From a virus: a stretch of DNA of 64,000 nt. This document shows positions 47,264-57,848 of this stretch, in pieces. The notes under the pieces are model-generated. The model made no database searches, had not been told where the DNA came from, and was given only the letters and a program-made list of their open reading frames with translations. The translations under genes and the position numbers were made by a program. The stretch is from IMG/VR virus record IMGVR_UViG_3300042945_001689, positions 32,001 to 96,000 of that record; one strand, given 5' to 3'. Positions within the stretch are counted from its first letter, which is position 1, and the number at the start of each line of letters is the position of its first letter.

Positions 47264-47998
47264 CTATTTACCGCCGAACTTTAAAGCCTTATATTCTTTT
47301 ACAAAGTTCATAACTTTTTTTTCTGCGTTTGTCTCATACACTAATACACCATAAAACCCTTTACTATTTAAATCATCTAAAAAGTCAGCGAATTCTTTTT
47401 TAGTAAACGTTGTAGAGTCTGAGTGGTTAGCATGAATAGTGTTTTCATCATCGTCTTTAAATATAGGTCCAATGGAAACTATTGCTTTTGAATTATCTAT
47501 ATCATACTCACCGCTTATATACCTTGAATATGGCAAAATAACATTTTGATCATGCTTTTTTGCAGCGTCAAACGTAAACTTATTTGTTGTAGAAACAAAT
47601 AATTTTGGTAACTTTAGTCCTTTCATTGCACTAAATACATCTAAAAATTTAATAAGATAGTTAGATTTGTCTATGTTTGAAGAAAGATCATTGACATCTC
47701 CAATTACCCCTCCATACTCTCTTTCATGTTCTTTAGGCCACCCAGATATTAAATTAATTTCTATTGATCCTGGAGAAATTTCATCTAAAGAATTGCATAA
47801 AAAAGAAAGATACTGTGGAGATATAAGATATGGCCTTATTGCTATCATGTATGTAAAGTTTTGATATTTATCTATACATCTTGCTACACGAACAAAATCT
47901 GCATTTTCAATACCAGTAGCAAATAATATACCATCAAAACCACTGGCGTGGGCATTTTTAATTTCTTCAAACCAACCACTAAAATAATATATCTTCAT
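47264..47998 (-). CDS. Truncated LLM-family protein
   Basis: YMIAIRPYLISPQYL...INLISG; start taken at MKIYYF. Confidence 0.5.
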   Translation of the reverse strand: MKIYYFSGWFEEIKNAHASGFDGILFATGIENADFVRVARCIDKYQNFTYMIAIRPYLISPQYLSFLCNSLDEISPGSIEINLISGWPKEHEREYGGVIGDVNDLSSNIDKSNYLIKFLDVFSAMKGLKLPKLFVSTTNKFTFDAAKKHDQNVILPYSRYISGEYDIDNSKAIVSIGPIFKDDDENTIHANHSDSTTFTKKEFADFLDDLNSKGFYGVLVYETNAEKKVMNFVKEYKALKFGGK

Positions 47999-48267
47999 TA
48001 ATAATCCTGCAACCATGCTAAATAATTTGCTATTGCAAAAATAAACAAATAGATAAAGAAAATATACTTCATAGTGTATAATTGTAGCATGGACACTATA
48101 GAAAAAGAAAACACCTGTGCTTATTGCAATCACCCTGCCGTCTATAATGATATAGGATTAAATGATAAAGGTATGTTTGCAGTATTGGATGTATGTAAGT
48201 GCCACCTTGAAAAGTATGCTCCATAATCGCTATTGACAAACTGACTTCTGCAAGATATACTTAATAC

Positions 48268-48609
48268 ATGGAATCATTACTATTAGCAATTGCATTGTTT
48301 TTGTCATCCCCTGCTGGACAGGATCCAAATAGGGAGCCAATGTGGTTTGATGGATGTCAAAACATCACAGAACAACAATTAGATAGTTCAACCTGGCAAT
48401 ATTCTTGCGGGGATAATGATATGATAGAACCACAAACTATAGAAGAATGGGTGGAACCAAATGCGGCAATCGAACACTTTAGCCTCACAAAACAAACAAA
48501 AGCGTTACCTAAAAAACAAAAAGCGTCTACAATCAAAGCCAAGCCTGTCAAGGCAGCAAAGACGGGAACAGGCAATAAGAGAACTCATGCTTCTAAACTA
48601 CTTAAGTAA
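48268..48609 (+). CDS. Exported hypothetical protein with basic tail
   Basis: Signal-like N-terminus; TTGACA-17-TATACT promoter at 48233. Confidence 0.6.
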   Translation: MESLLLAIALFLSSPAGQDPNREPMWFDGCQNITEQQLDSSTWQYSCGDNDMIEPQTIEEWVEPNAAIEHFSLTKQTKALPKKQKASTIKAKPVKAAKTGTGNKRTHASKLLK

Positions 48610-48794
48610 AACAGCAAAGCCAAGTCAAGAATCAGTTTCTAATAATGATAAATAAAGTGAGTGGTCCTGATGATGATGGCTATATGCTTTATGCTAATTC
48701 AAACAGACTGCTAGGATTTTGGGGCAATTTGTGTGGACTAGTGGCTACATTTTTTATTAATCAATCAATAAAACATGGAGATTATTTTGAAATA

Positions 48795-49181
48795 TTAGAC
48801 CAAGACTAGGTCTATTGTAGTTTTTTTAAGTTCTTCTTCTGTCCAAAGTCCAACTTTAGAATCTCCGCCATATGATTTTGCCAAACCAGAATTTATAAGT
48901 TGATCATTAACACTTACCTCTGACTTTAAATATATTTTGCCAAGATATCTTCCATACTTATCAGGTTTAGATACTTCTAGTTTTACAAGTTTGCCTTCTA
49001 GGTTCTTAACTAAAAACTCTTTAAGGGCTTTTCCAAGTGGTGTATTTTTTTCTGCAGTATCAATACCAGATAATCTAATTCTTTCTTTGTGCCATACACT
49101 AAATCCAAGATCAATAAATACATCACAGGTATCACCATCAACTACCTTGTCAATTTTTGTATAATATGTATACATAGCCAT
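48795..49181 (-). CDS. Thermonuclease (SNase-like)
   Basis: VVDGDT, IRLSGIDTAE, DKYGRYLG. Confidence 0.88.
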   Translation of the reverse strand: MAMYTYYTKIDKVVDGDTCDVFIDLGFSVWHKERIRLSGIDTAEKNTPLGKALKEFLVKNLEGKLVKLEVSKPDKYGRYLGKIYLKSEVSVNDQLINSGLAKSYGGDSKVGLWTEEELKKTTIDLVLV

Positions 49182-49257
49182 GTTGACAATTATAACATCG
49201 TTTGGTACAATTGAACTATAGAAACAGCCTATTTAACACTTTAGAAAGGTCTTGGTT

Positions 49258-49509
49258 ATGAAAGAACTTATTCACTTTACAGCAGATTGGTGTCAACCAT
49301 GCAAGGCTATGGCGCCAATTGTTTATGAATTTAAAGATAAACATCCAGAAATTATATACACAAAGATAGATGTAGATGAAAATCCAGATGCTGCTCAATT
49401 TTTTAATGTAAAAGGAGTTCCAACTTTTATATCTCAAATAGAGGGACTTAATCATGATCGAAGAACTGGTAAGTCTACTTTGTTTCAATTAGAATCACTG
49501 TTCGGATAA
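49258..49509 (+). CDS. Thioredoxin
   Basis: FTADWCQPCK, IDVDENP, GVPTF. Confidence 0.9.
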   Translation: MKELIHFTADWCQPCKAMAPIVYEFKDKHPEIIYTKIDVDENPDAAQFFNVKGVPTFISQIEGLNHDRRTGKSTLFQLESLFG

Positions 49510-49515
49510 AACTTA

Positions 49516-49589
49516 GCACCAGTAGCCAAGTTGGTTAAGGCCCCGAACTCATAATTCGGTTATCGTAGGTTCAAGTCCTACCTGGTGTA
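49516..49589 (+). tRNA. tRNA with CAT anticodon (Met or Ile2)
   Basis: Cloverleaf; CCGAA-CTCATAA-TTCGG. Confidence 0.88.
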
Positions 49590-49593
49590 CTAA

Positions 49594-49667
49594 TGGTCTG
49601 TAGCACAATTGGCAGTTGCACTCGGCTGTTAACCGAGATGTTGTAGGTTCGAGTCCTACCAGACCAG
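49594..49667 (+). tRNA. tRNA-Asn(GTT)
   Basis: CTCGG-CTGTTAA-CCGAG; GGTTCGAGTCC. Confidence 0.9.
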
Positions 49668-49670
49668 CAA

Positions 49671-49742
49671 GGCACCATCGTCTATCGGTTAGGACATCGC
49701 CCTTTCACGGCGAAAAGACGGGTTCGACTCCCGTTGGCGCTA
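49671..49742 (+). tRNA. tRNA-Glu(TTC)
   Basis: TCGCC-CTTTCAC-GGCGA; one acceptor-stem mismatch. Confidence 0.85.
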
Positions 49743-49743
49743 C

Positions 49744-49816
49744 GCCCTCATAACTCAGGGGATAGAGTCACGGACTTCTAATCCGTTGGTCGCAGGTTCG
49801 AATCCTGCTGAGGGCA
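49744..49816 (+). tRNA. tRNA-Arg(TCT)
   Basis: GCCCTCA/TGAGGGC; ACGGA-CTTCTAA-TCCGT. Confidence 0.9.
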
Positions 49817-49847
49817 CAAATATGATAGAATTAGTAATGGAGATATT

Positions 49848-50510
49848 ATGTTAACTAAAAATAGTTTTATTGGATATGAAGTAGAAGAGCCTATTGCAAA
49901 TGTTTTTATTATTAAAAATTTTTTATCTGACACAGAACAAAAAATATTATTAGATTATGTTAAATCTTTGTCTCAAGAGGATTGGGAACATGAGTATCGT
50001 GAAAATTTAAAAAAGTTTTGTTTAGTAAAATTTGGCACAGATGATGTACAAAAATTAGTAAAAGAGGGAAAGTTTGAAGTTACAGAAAATTGGAGCGATA
50101 AAAATTTTCATCTTGTTAATAATGGAACTTCAGCAGTTAAAAAAATATGTTTATCTTTAACTGAAATTATTAATACTTTTTTACCAGAAGATATAGAAAT
50201 GAGAGGCCCAGGAACAGCACAAAGGCAGTATGCTGGTGTTCCACTTACTGCACATTACGACCAATACACTGATCCATCAATAGAATATGCAGCAATTATT
50301 TATTTAAATGACGACTACATTGATGGAGAATTATTTTTTCCAAACAAAACTTTTGAAATTAAGCCATTATCAAAATCGTTAGTTATTTTTCCTGGAACAG
50401 AAGAGTTTACTCATGGAGTAAAGGCTCCTGGAGAAGGACCAATAAGATATGTTTTGCCTTCTTTTATCTCTAAAAAAGAATTTTATAATGATGGAAAATA
50501 TTATGTATGA
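49848..50510 (+). CDS. 2OG-Fe(II) oxygenase
   Basis: HYD...YLNDDYIDGEL...HGV...RY. Confidence 0.85.
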   Translation: MLTKNSFIGYEVEEPIANVFIIKNFLSDTEQKILLDYVKSLSQEDWEHEYRENLKKFCLVKFGTDDVQKLVKEGKFEVTENWSDKNFHLVNNGTSAVKKICLSLTEIINTFLPEDIEMRGPGTAQRQYAGVPLTAHYDQYTDPSIEYAAIIYLNDDYIDGELFFPNKTFEIKPLSKSLVIFPGTEEFTHGVKAPGEGPIRYVLPSFISKKEFYNDGKYYV

Positions 50511-50540
50511 AATTAATGAAAACATTGATAAAACAATAAA

Positions 50541-51089
50541 ATGTTTTTAACGCTTACAACATATCCAAGATCTGGGCAACACTTTTTAAAAGAGCATCTA
50601 GAACAAAGATTTTTTTTAGAAAACTTTAAATATACCCACGAAGAAGAAGAAAATAAAGAATGTACAACAATAACAATAATAAGAAATCCGTTAGAATCAA
50701 TAGCATCTTGGGTGGCTATGCAAAATTATTATGACAAAAAAACAAATCACTTTTTAATAATCAAAAATATTAAATTTTGTCAAGCAAAATATAACAAATT
50801 TTATAAATATATTTTATCAAATGTAGATATAATTATTGATTATAATTATTTAAATTCAAACACTGAAGACATAATACAATATATAGGACAAAAAATAAAA
50901 AATGTTCCAAACAACAATAACGTTGTGCTAAACATTAAAGATGAACCTGATAGAAAACACATAGTCTCTTCAAAAAAAAATCAAGAATATGATTTTATTT
51001 TAAATATAACAAAAAAAATTGATATGAAAAATGAATTTGAACTATACAATTTAGCACTTAAAAAATCTTACCCTAATTTTATTTTATAA
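50541..51089 (+). CDS. Sulfotransferase-like protein
   Basis: TYPRSG (5'-PSB loop) and IRNP...IAS (3'-PB) motifs. Confidence 0.6.
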   Translation: MFLTLTTYPRSGQHFLKEHLEQRFFLENFKYTHEEEENKECTTITIIRNPLESIASWVAMQNYYDKKTNHFLIIKNIKFCQAKYNKFYKYILSNVDIIIDYNYLNSNTEDIIQYIGQKIKNVPNNNNVVLNIKDEPDRKHIVSSKKNQEYDFILNITKKIDMKNEFELYNLALKKSYPNFIL

Positions 51090-51611
51090 CTATTTTTCTG
51101 GACAACAGTTGAATGAATCTAACTGTACTGCAGTAGAACGATCTGTTCCAAAAGACAACATTGCAGATTTAGTTGCTGGAACACAGTTAGGTACTGGTTT
51201 TCCATCTTTACCTGGCTTCATGCCACGTTGCACATAACCCTCCCAACATGGGGCAGCCTTTTCAATTCCAAACACATCAGCAAACAAAGCCTTGTTTCTT
51301 TCACGTTCTGCAATTCTGCGAGACCAAGAAAATCCTGCATCTCCGCCCCAAGCATCCCACATAATACGACCATTAGATGGATTTGACGTGTTATAAAAAT
51401 CTTTACCTTTTTTATCTACTTCATGACGAGAAAAAAAAGAATACATGCGCTTTACTGTATCTAAAGATAATGCTCTTCCAGCAACAATGTCAGTTGCTCT
51501 ACCCCAGCCTACAGGTGTACCAGCACCAGTTGCTTTTCCTTCTTCTTTCCATTTAAGCGCTCTACGAGCAGCAGCCTTCATGCCAGACGTTGGGCTATAG
51601 GTATCAGCCAT
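51090..51611 (-). CDS. Conserved phage hypothetical protein
   Basis: GTPVG...TVKRMYSFFSRHE...WGGDAG; C-terminal CWEGY...VPNCVP. Confidence 0.7.
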   Translation of the reverse strand: MADTYSPTSGMKAAARRALKWKEEGKATGAGTPVGWGRATDIVAGRALSLDTVKRMYSFFSRHEVDKKGKDFYNTSNPSNGRIMWDAWGGDAGFSWSRRIAERERNKALFADVFGIEKAAPCWEGYVQRGMKPGKDGKPVPNCVPATKSAMLSFGTDRSTAVQLDSFNCCPEK

Positions 51612-51740
51612 TTTTCTTCTCCTTTGGTTTACCAGGCGTATATGGCTCTACACGAGACTTTATACGACCATCCTTAGTCATACGAACAATCCATCCATCT
51701 TTTATCTGCATTGGATTAAATGCATATTTTGATTTCTTCA

Positions 51741-52301
51741 TTATTTAGCAAAACCTCTAGGATCAAACATGCTATTATCCCAAATAGACTTTGTAACTTT
51801 TTCTGAACTATATGTTCCACCCCTACGCTTATATTCTTGAACTACCCAAGAATTAGCAACAGCGCTTGGATACACATCAAATTTATCTTTTGCTGCTTGC
51901 ACAACTCTAGCATAAAGTTGTGGATTTGATGGTCTTGATCCACCACTTCTTGGTTTAATGAAATCACCATAATTTGGTTTTTCTGCTTTACCAATTGAAT
52001 TGTCATATGCATCCATGCCTGATCCTTCTTTATCGTCTTCCATTGAATTATTCTCCATATCTATTACTTTTGCATCATTGTGCATCATTCCAATACTATA
52101 AGCGGTTGGTTCCCACTTACCATCTTCTTCTTTATAAATTCTGACTGACATTGCTGGGTTCTCTGGTGGCATTGACTCAAGAGCGTACTCAGATCCAGGA
52201 GTTCCTAGTGTTCCGCCTTCTATCATTATATGTTCAACAACTCCATGAATAATACCTTCTGTAGTTTTACCCATAACGAAATTGCCTTCAGTAATATGCA
52301 T
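51741..52301 (-). CDS. Conserved phage hypothetical protein
   Basis: KFDVYPSA.AN.W...EYKRRGG.Y. Confidence 0.7.
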   Translation of the reverse strand: MHITEGNFVMGKTTEGIIHGVVEHIMIEGGTLGTPGSEYALESMPPENPAMSVRIYKEEDGKWEPTAYSIGMMHNDAKVIDMENNSMEDDKEGSGMDAYDNSIGKAEKPNYGDFIKPRSGGSRPSNPQLYARVVQAAKDKFDVYPSAVANSWVVQEYKRRGGTYSSEKVTKSIWDNSMFDPRGFAK

Positions 52302-52353
52302 AACTATAATTATACCAGTTTTTCTGGTATACTATTATAGTTGAAAGGTAATA

Positions 52354-53310
52354 ATGGCAAACATAGTCTTTTTAGGCAATTTTGAAGTACCATATAGTAG
52401 CGAAAATCATCACGCTAACTCTTTAGAATCTTTAGGTCATACTGTTTGTAGATTGCAAGAAAGAACAATTAAGGATAGTTTTGTTCTTGAACAAGCAATG
52501 AACAGTGATCTCTTTATATGGGTGCATACACATGGCTGGAACACTCCAGGAAGAATCGGTATGGGCTACGTGCTAGAAGAGTTAAAGAAGGCCAACATCC
52601 CCACAATGACATATCATTTAGACCTATGGCTTGGTTTAGAAAGACAGAAAGACTTAGAAGAGGATGACTTCTATAAAACAATTGGACACTTCTTTGCAAC
52701 AGATAAATTAATGACTGATTGGTTTAATGAGAACACTAATGTAAAAGGACACTTCCTTCCTGCTGGAGTATATGATAAAGAGTGCTACATTCATCCAGAC
52801 TATGATGTTCAAGACTTTGATTACGATGTGATATTTGTTGGTAGTAAAAGATATCACCATGAATATCCATACAGACCGCAACTAATAGATCACTTAAGAA
52901 ATGTTTATGGTAAAAGATTTTTACATGTAGGTGGAGATGGTGATACTGGAACTGTCCGTGGAGATAAGTTAAATAGAATTTATGCTAAAAGTAAGATAGC
53001 AATTGGAGATAGTTTAAATATAGGATTTAACTATCCTTACTATACAAGCGATAGATTGTTTGAAAGTACTGGTCGTGGTGGATTTACTATCTACCCTCGT
53101 ATTAAAGGTCTTGAAGAATATTTTGAAGATGAAAGTGAAATTGTTTTTTATGAACATGGAAACTTAAAAGATTTAACAGATAAGATAGATGAATATCTTG
53201 AAGACAACCTTAGCAGGGAAGATATAAGATTAAATGGTCATGAAAGAACTAAGCAAGAGCATACATATATACATAGATGGGCAACTATACTAAAGGAGTT
53301 AAACATATGA
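52354..53310 (+). CDS. Glycosyltransferase (GT-B, CgeB/Glyco_trans_1_2-like)
   Basis: DVIFVGS, SDRLFE..G.G, HTYIHR. Confidence 0.8.
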   Translation: MANIVFLGNFEVPYSSENHHANSLESLGHTVCRLQERTIKDSFVLEQAMNSDLFIWVHTHGWNTPGRIGMGYVLEELKKANIPTMTYHLDLWLGLERQKDLEEDDFYKTIGHFFATDKLMTDWFNENTNVKGHFLPAGVYDKECYIHPDYDVQDFDYDVIFVGSKRYHHEYPYRPQLIDHLRNVYGKRFLHVGGDGDTGTVRGDKLNRIYAKSKIAIGDSLNIGFNYPYYTSDRLFESTGRGGFTIYPRIKGLEEYFEDESEIVFYEHGNLKDLTDKIDEYLEDNLSREDIRLNGHERTKQEHTYIHRWATILKELNI

Positions 53311-54059
53311 ACTTTATAGAAAGATCTGATATCGTATGGAAAACAGTTCCATATATTCGTCAAGGTGAAACCAGAAACTATGATTACAATCTTGAATTAA
53401 ACGAGCCATTGGCAAGTTGGGATGTTTGGGATTATTGGGAAAAAGAAAGAATACATAGCATGAAGACTCACCTTAAGAAAGGTGATGTATTTTTTGATAT
53501 TGGCACAGAATCTGGATGGTGTAATTTAGTTTATGCTGATATAGTTGGACCAGAAAACATGGTGCTTATTGAACCAACACCAGAGTTTTGGCCAAACATT
53601 CATGCTCTTTGGTATAAAAATTATTCAGTAGATCCGTTAGGAATGTATGCTGGATTAATTAGCGACAACACAACTGATACTCGCAAAGGTAGTGATCTTA
53701 ATGCGTGGGGAGAAGATTATCTTGGTGCAATTATTGATCGCAATAAGTATGTCTATATTCATGACAATTCTGCAAACATACCTATGATTAAATTAGATGA
53801 CTATGTTTCTGAAGTTGGCATTGTTCCAGATGTTTTAAATATTGATGTAGAAGGTGCAGAACTTCTTGTATTTAAAGGTGCAGAAAACACGTTAAGAAAT
53901 AATAATTTAAAAATATTTGTATCAATTCATGATGATTTAGGTCTGCGTGATTACAATACATCACCTGAAGATACTATATCTTATCTAGAATCTCTTGGAT
54001 ATGTTGGAGAATTTCTAGCAAAAAATCATGAAGCACATTGGTATTTTGAAAAGAAATAA
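53307..54059 (+). CDS. FkbM-family methyltransferase
   Basis: VFFDIG, IEP, KLDD, NIDVEGAELLV..G. Confidence 0.85.
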   Translation: MNFIERSDIVWKTVPYIRQGETRNYDYNLELNEPLASWDVWDYWEKERIHSMKTHLKKGDVFFDIGTESGWCNLVYADIVGPENMVLIEPTPEFWPNIHALWYKNYSVDPLGMYAGLISDNTTDTRKGSDLNAWGEDYLGAIIDRNKYVYIHDNSANIPMIKLDDYVSEVGIVPDVLNIDVEGAELLVFKGAENTLRNNNLKIFVSIHDDLGLRDYNTSPEDTISYLESLGYVGEFLAKNHEAHWYFEKK

Positions 54060-54061
54060 AA

Positions 54062-54910
54062 ATGTTAACTGCCTATATTTATTCTAAAGATCCACTTGAT
54101 TCTGCTAATGATAAATGGGATTACGGTCTATTAAAGCAAACATTTGAAAGAAATAAAATAAAAGAAGTTGTTGTTGATACATTGCCACAAGAAGAAAGAG
54201 CCTTTGTTGTTATTCCTGGACAAGGTAATGCTGGTAAAGAAGATAGTATAAATGATGAATTAAAAAATATAGGCAGAGTAGTTTTATTTATAACTGGAGA
54301 TGAAGGAAATTTATTTGATATTGATAAAATAACGCATGGAAATATATCTATTTGGGTTCAATGCCCGACAAGAAAACACCAAAAATATAATAAACTTCCT
54401 ATAGGTGCACCACATCATATTAAAGACAACATCCCCGAATATACAGAAAAAACACATACTGCATGCTTTGCTGGGCAAATTACACATAAGAGAAGACAGC
54501 AATTAGCAGACATAATGCCAAGTATTAAAGATTCTATTTATAAACCTACTGATGGCTTTGCCAAAGGCGATGAACCAAAAGAATATTATAAAAATTTGTT
54601 TAGTGCTAAAATTGCTCCCGCTCCTGCAGGCGCTGTAAGTATGGATTCATTTAGATTTTTTGAAGCAATTGAAATGCTTTGTCTGCCTATTGCAGACTTA
54701 AGAAACTCTAAAGGGCATAAAGATAATTTTTATCATTATATTTTTGATGAAACATTGCCATTTCCATCAACTAGTAATTGGTCAGAATTGCCAGAGATTA
54801 TTAAATCAATATTAAAGGATTATCCAAACAATATGCATCATGTAGTTTCTTGGTGGATTAAATATAAAAGAGATTTTGCAATTAAACTTATGAAGGAGAT
54901 ATATGCATAA
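54062..54910 (+). CDS. Exostosin/GT47-like glycosyltransferase
   Basis: FAGQ...RR, Y...L..AK....P.G....SFRFFEA....C.PI. Confidence 0.65.
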   Translation: MLTAYIYSKDPLDSANDKWDYGLLKQTFERNKIKEVVVDTLPQEERAFVVIPGQGNAGKEDSINDELKNIGRVVLFITGDEGNLFDIDKITHGNISIWVQCPTRKHQKYNKLPIGAPHHIKDNIPEYTEKTHTACFAGQITHKRRQQLADIMPSIKDSIYKPTDGFAKGDEPKEYYKNLFSAKIAPAPAGAVSMDSFRFFEAIEMLCLPIADLRNSKGHKDNFYHYIFDETLPFPSTSNWSELPEIIKSILKDYPNNMHHVVSWWIKYKRDFAIKLMKEIYA

Positions 54911-55664
54911 GAATGACGTAACAATTATTGTTGTAACATCAGTTCTTCCAGATCACCCAGACACTTCTATCCTTGATGAAACAATTAACTCCGTAAGATA
55001 TCATTTTCCTGATAACGAAATCATATTGCAGATAGATGGCTTGCGTGAAGAAAGACTAAATAGAAAAAATGATTATGATGAATTTAAGAACAGAGTGTTA
55101 TGGAAATGTTTGCATGAATGGAAAAATGTTTTACCAATAATTTTTGACAAACATAGTCATCAGACAACAATGATGAAAGAAACAATTGGTTTAATAACTA
55201 CATCAATATTATTGTATGTTGAGGGAGATGCTCCACTTGTTACTGAAGAGCCTATAGATTGGCAAAAATGTTTAGATATGTTTGAGTATAATGAAGCAAA
55301 AACAATTAGATTTCACTTTGAAGCATCTATTCCAAGATCACATGAGCATTTAATGTTTGGTCTTAGTGATGATTTTATGAAAACAGCACAATGGAGCCAA
55401 AGACCACACCTATCTTTAGTGTCGTATTATAGAAATGAGATTATGCCAAGATTAAAGGATCATTCGTTTATAGAAGACATTATCCATGGCGCTATACAAG
55501 ATGATATTTTGCCCTATGACGTATTTGATAAAGAAGGATGGGACAAACATAAACTTTGGATCTACCATCCAAAAAATAATATTAAAAGATCTTACCATTT
55601 AGACGGACGCAGGGGTACAAGAAAATTCACATCAGATGATGACGTATGGGGATATACTGAATGA
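54903..55664 (+). CDS. Probable GT-A fold glycosyltransferase
   Basis: VTIIVVTS...T..S, LYVEGD, HLDGR; located in a GT operon. Confidence 0.55.
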   Translation: MHKNDVTIIVVTSVLPDHPDTSILDETINSVRYHFPDNEIILQIDGLREERLNRKNDYDEFKNRVLWKCLHEWKNVLPIIFDKHSHQTTMMKETIGLITTSILLYVEGDAPLVTEEPIDWQKCLDMFEYNEAKTIRFHFEASIPRSHEHLMFGLSDDFMKTAQWSQRPHLSLVSYYRNEIMPRLKDHSFIEDIIHGAIQDDILPYDVFDKEGWDKHKLWIYHPKNNIKRSYHLDGRRGTRKFTSDDDVWGYTE

Positions 55665-56704
55665 GACTTGGAATTATTGCTAGATCAGACAATACTGGGC
55701 TGGGATACCAAACAAAACAGTTAACAGATATGTTAAAACCTAGCAAAGTAATGTTAATTGATTTTTCTCAACATAACAATAATAAACAACATCCTGAATG
55801 GTATAACGGATATGAAGTAATAAATGTTCTTGGTATACCAGATAGCAGGGATATCGATAGATTTTTAAAAGATATAGACGTTGTATTAAGTTGTGAAACA
55901 TTCTACAACAATGACGAACTGATATTAAAGGCTAGAGATAAAGGAATTAAAACAATTCTTCAGTATAATTACGAACTTTTTGGGAACCTATCAAAAAAGA
56001 ATATGGAATTACCAAATGTTTTAGTATCTCCTAGTTCATGGAAAATAGATGATATTGAGTTTAAATTTGGCAGAAAAGCAAAAGTAGTTCACTTGCCACC
56101 GCCAACAAACACAAATCTATTTGACGGTGCTAGTAAAATTAATAGATCAAAAACTCATAATCGCATACTGCACATTGGTGGAAAACGTGCTGCACAAGAT
56201 AGAAATGGAACCAACACAATAGTTAATATGTTGAAATATTCTAAAGCAGATTATGAACTAGTAATAAGGACGCAAACCAAACTTGATCTAAACTTTAATG
56301 ATGATCGTATTGTATTAGATTATAATGATAGTGTAGATAGAGAGTCAATGTACGTTGGCTTTGATGCTATGGTCTTGCCTAGAAGATATGCTGGACTATG
56401 TTTACCTATGAATGAGTCTTTGCTTAGTGCCCTGCCAGTTTTTATGACAAATATCGCCCCCAACCATAAAGTGCTTCCAAAAAAATGGTTAGTAGAGTCA
56501 CATCTAATTGAACAGTTTAAAGCAAAAACTATGATAAATGTTTATGAAGCAGATTTAAAAAAACTAGCAGGACTTATTGATAATTATGTTGCACTTAGTA
56601 ATGAACAAAAAAATATTGAAAAAGAAGAAGCCTTGTCCATAGGATATGAAAACTTTGCTCCAGAGGCACTACTGCCACAATACATTAAATTAATTAATGA
56701 ATAA
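55661..56704 (+). CDS. Glycosyltransferase (GT-B, GT4-like)
   Basis: D..VLP..Y.GLCLP..E.L....PV. Confidence 0.78.
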   Translation: MRLGIIARSDNTGLGYQTKQLTDMLKPSKVMLIDFSQHNNNKQHPEWYNGYEVINVLGIPDSRDIDRFLKDIDVVLSCETFYNNDELILKARDKGIKTILQYNYELFGNLSKKNMELPNVLVSPSSWKIDDIEFKFGRKAKVVHLPPPTNTNLFDGASKINRSKTHNRILHIGGKRAAQDRNGTNTIVNMLKYSKADYELVIRTQTKLDLNFNDDRIVLDYNDSVDRESMYVGFDAMVLPRRYAGLCLPMNESLLSALPVFMTNIAPNHKVLPKKWLVESHLIEQFKAKTMINVYEADLKKLAGLIDNYVALSNEQKNIEKEEALSIGYENFAPEALLPQYIKLINE

Positions 56705-57397
56705 CTACTCTTCATAAATTGTTTTATTTTTAAACTCTTTAGATAAATATAAATCTTTTAATTCTAAAAATGATCCACTCTCCGTTGATAAAAATGGATA
56801 TTTGTTTGCCTCGTAGTCATAAGATAATGGTGCAAAATTTTCTGATTTATAAACTTTAACATCTGATATTTCTTTTGACTCATCATTAAATGTATTGCCA
56901 TAAATAGATCGATACAACAAATTATGATTTATTCTTAAAATATTATCAAATTTTTCTTTTGACATTTTCATCGGTACATGTATTTCATAGTTTAATGGAT
57001 TATCAATACCCATCTGTAAAAGTTTATCTTGTGTTATTTTTAATCTATTTATATAAGAACTTCTTCCAAGTATAGTTTCATAAGCATCAATTTTATTTTC
57101 TAATGTGCCACTGTAATATGAAACTATTGTATCAATTGGTTTAATAATAAAAAAATCATCATTCATTAAAACAAAATCATCTGGGATATCAGATGTGTTA
57201 CATATTGTTTTAAAATTATTAAAAGCATTTTTATATTTAGAATATTTTTGATTTACTGGTATATATTGCCCAACATACCAATCTGGTTTACCACCAACTA
57301 CCCATAGACTGTCTACATTGCAATTTTTAACAACAGACCTTATAGAATAACGAAGTTCTTCGTTGTTTCCATCTTTGCATATATAAACAAAATTCAT
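56705..57397 (-). CDS. Stealth-like sugar-phosphate transferase-related protein
   Basis: ELRYSIRSV and FVLMNDDFF resemble Stealth conserved region 2. Confidence 0.55.
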   Translation of the reverse strand: MNFVYICKDGNNEELRYSIRSVVKNCNVDSLWVVGGKPDWYVGQYIPVNQKYSKYKNAFNNFKTICNTSDIPDDFVLMNDDFFIIKPIDTIVSYYSGTLENKIDAYETILGRSSYINRLKITQDKLLQMGIDNPLNYEIHVPMKMSKEKFDNILRINHNLLYRSIYGNTFNDESKEISDVKVYKSENFAPLSYDYEANKYPFLSTESGSFLELKDLYLSKEFKNKTIYEE

Positions 57398-57418
57398 AAC
57401 ATCTCCAAAATAATATGA

Positions 57419-57440
57419 GGCAGACTAATTAAAGTCTGCC
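57419..57440. terminator. Hairpin, possible terminator
   Basis: GGCAGACT-AATTAA-AGTCTGCC. Confidence 0.5.
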
Positions 57441-57457
57441 CCACACTTATTAATATA

Positions 57458-57742
57458 TTACTTAACTACCTTTTTTGCTGTAGTAGCCTTTTTTGTAGCC
57501 TTCTTTTTCACTGGCTTAATAGTCTTCATTGCATCATCAACATCCTTTGCGATTGCATCGAACTTGCCAAATGCTGGATCTTTTGGATTTGCTGCACGAA
57601 GAACTACTGGGACTAGAGCAGCCACCAGAGCAGCCCACATGTCCTTTGGATCGGTAACTCCCGCTGTGTATAGTGCAACTACACCAGCAAGTACAGAGCG
57701 TCCGTATGAGGCTCCCATAGCCTTTAGTTGTGCTTGATTCAT
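57458..57742 (-). CDS. Small membrane protein (holin-like)
   Basis: Two hydrophobic helices, NPKD.AFG, Lys-rich tail. Confidence 0.6.
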   Translation of the reverse strand: MNQAQLKAMGASYGRSVLAGVVALYTAGVTDPKDMWAALVAALVPVVLRAANPKDPAFGKFDAIAKDVDDAMKTIKPVKKKATKKATTAKKVVK

Positions 57743-57848
57743 TTACTCACCTCTTTCTATTATTATTATACACTAAAACTAATAAGTAAAATTTTTTTTA
57801 TTTCTAATTTGTTTTTTTAATTTAATCTTATTTATTAGTTTTTTTATT

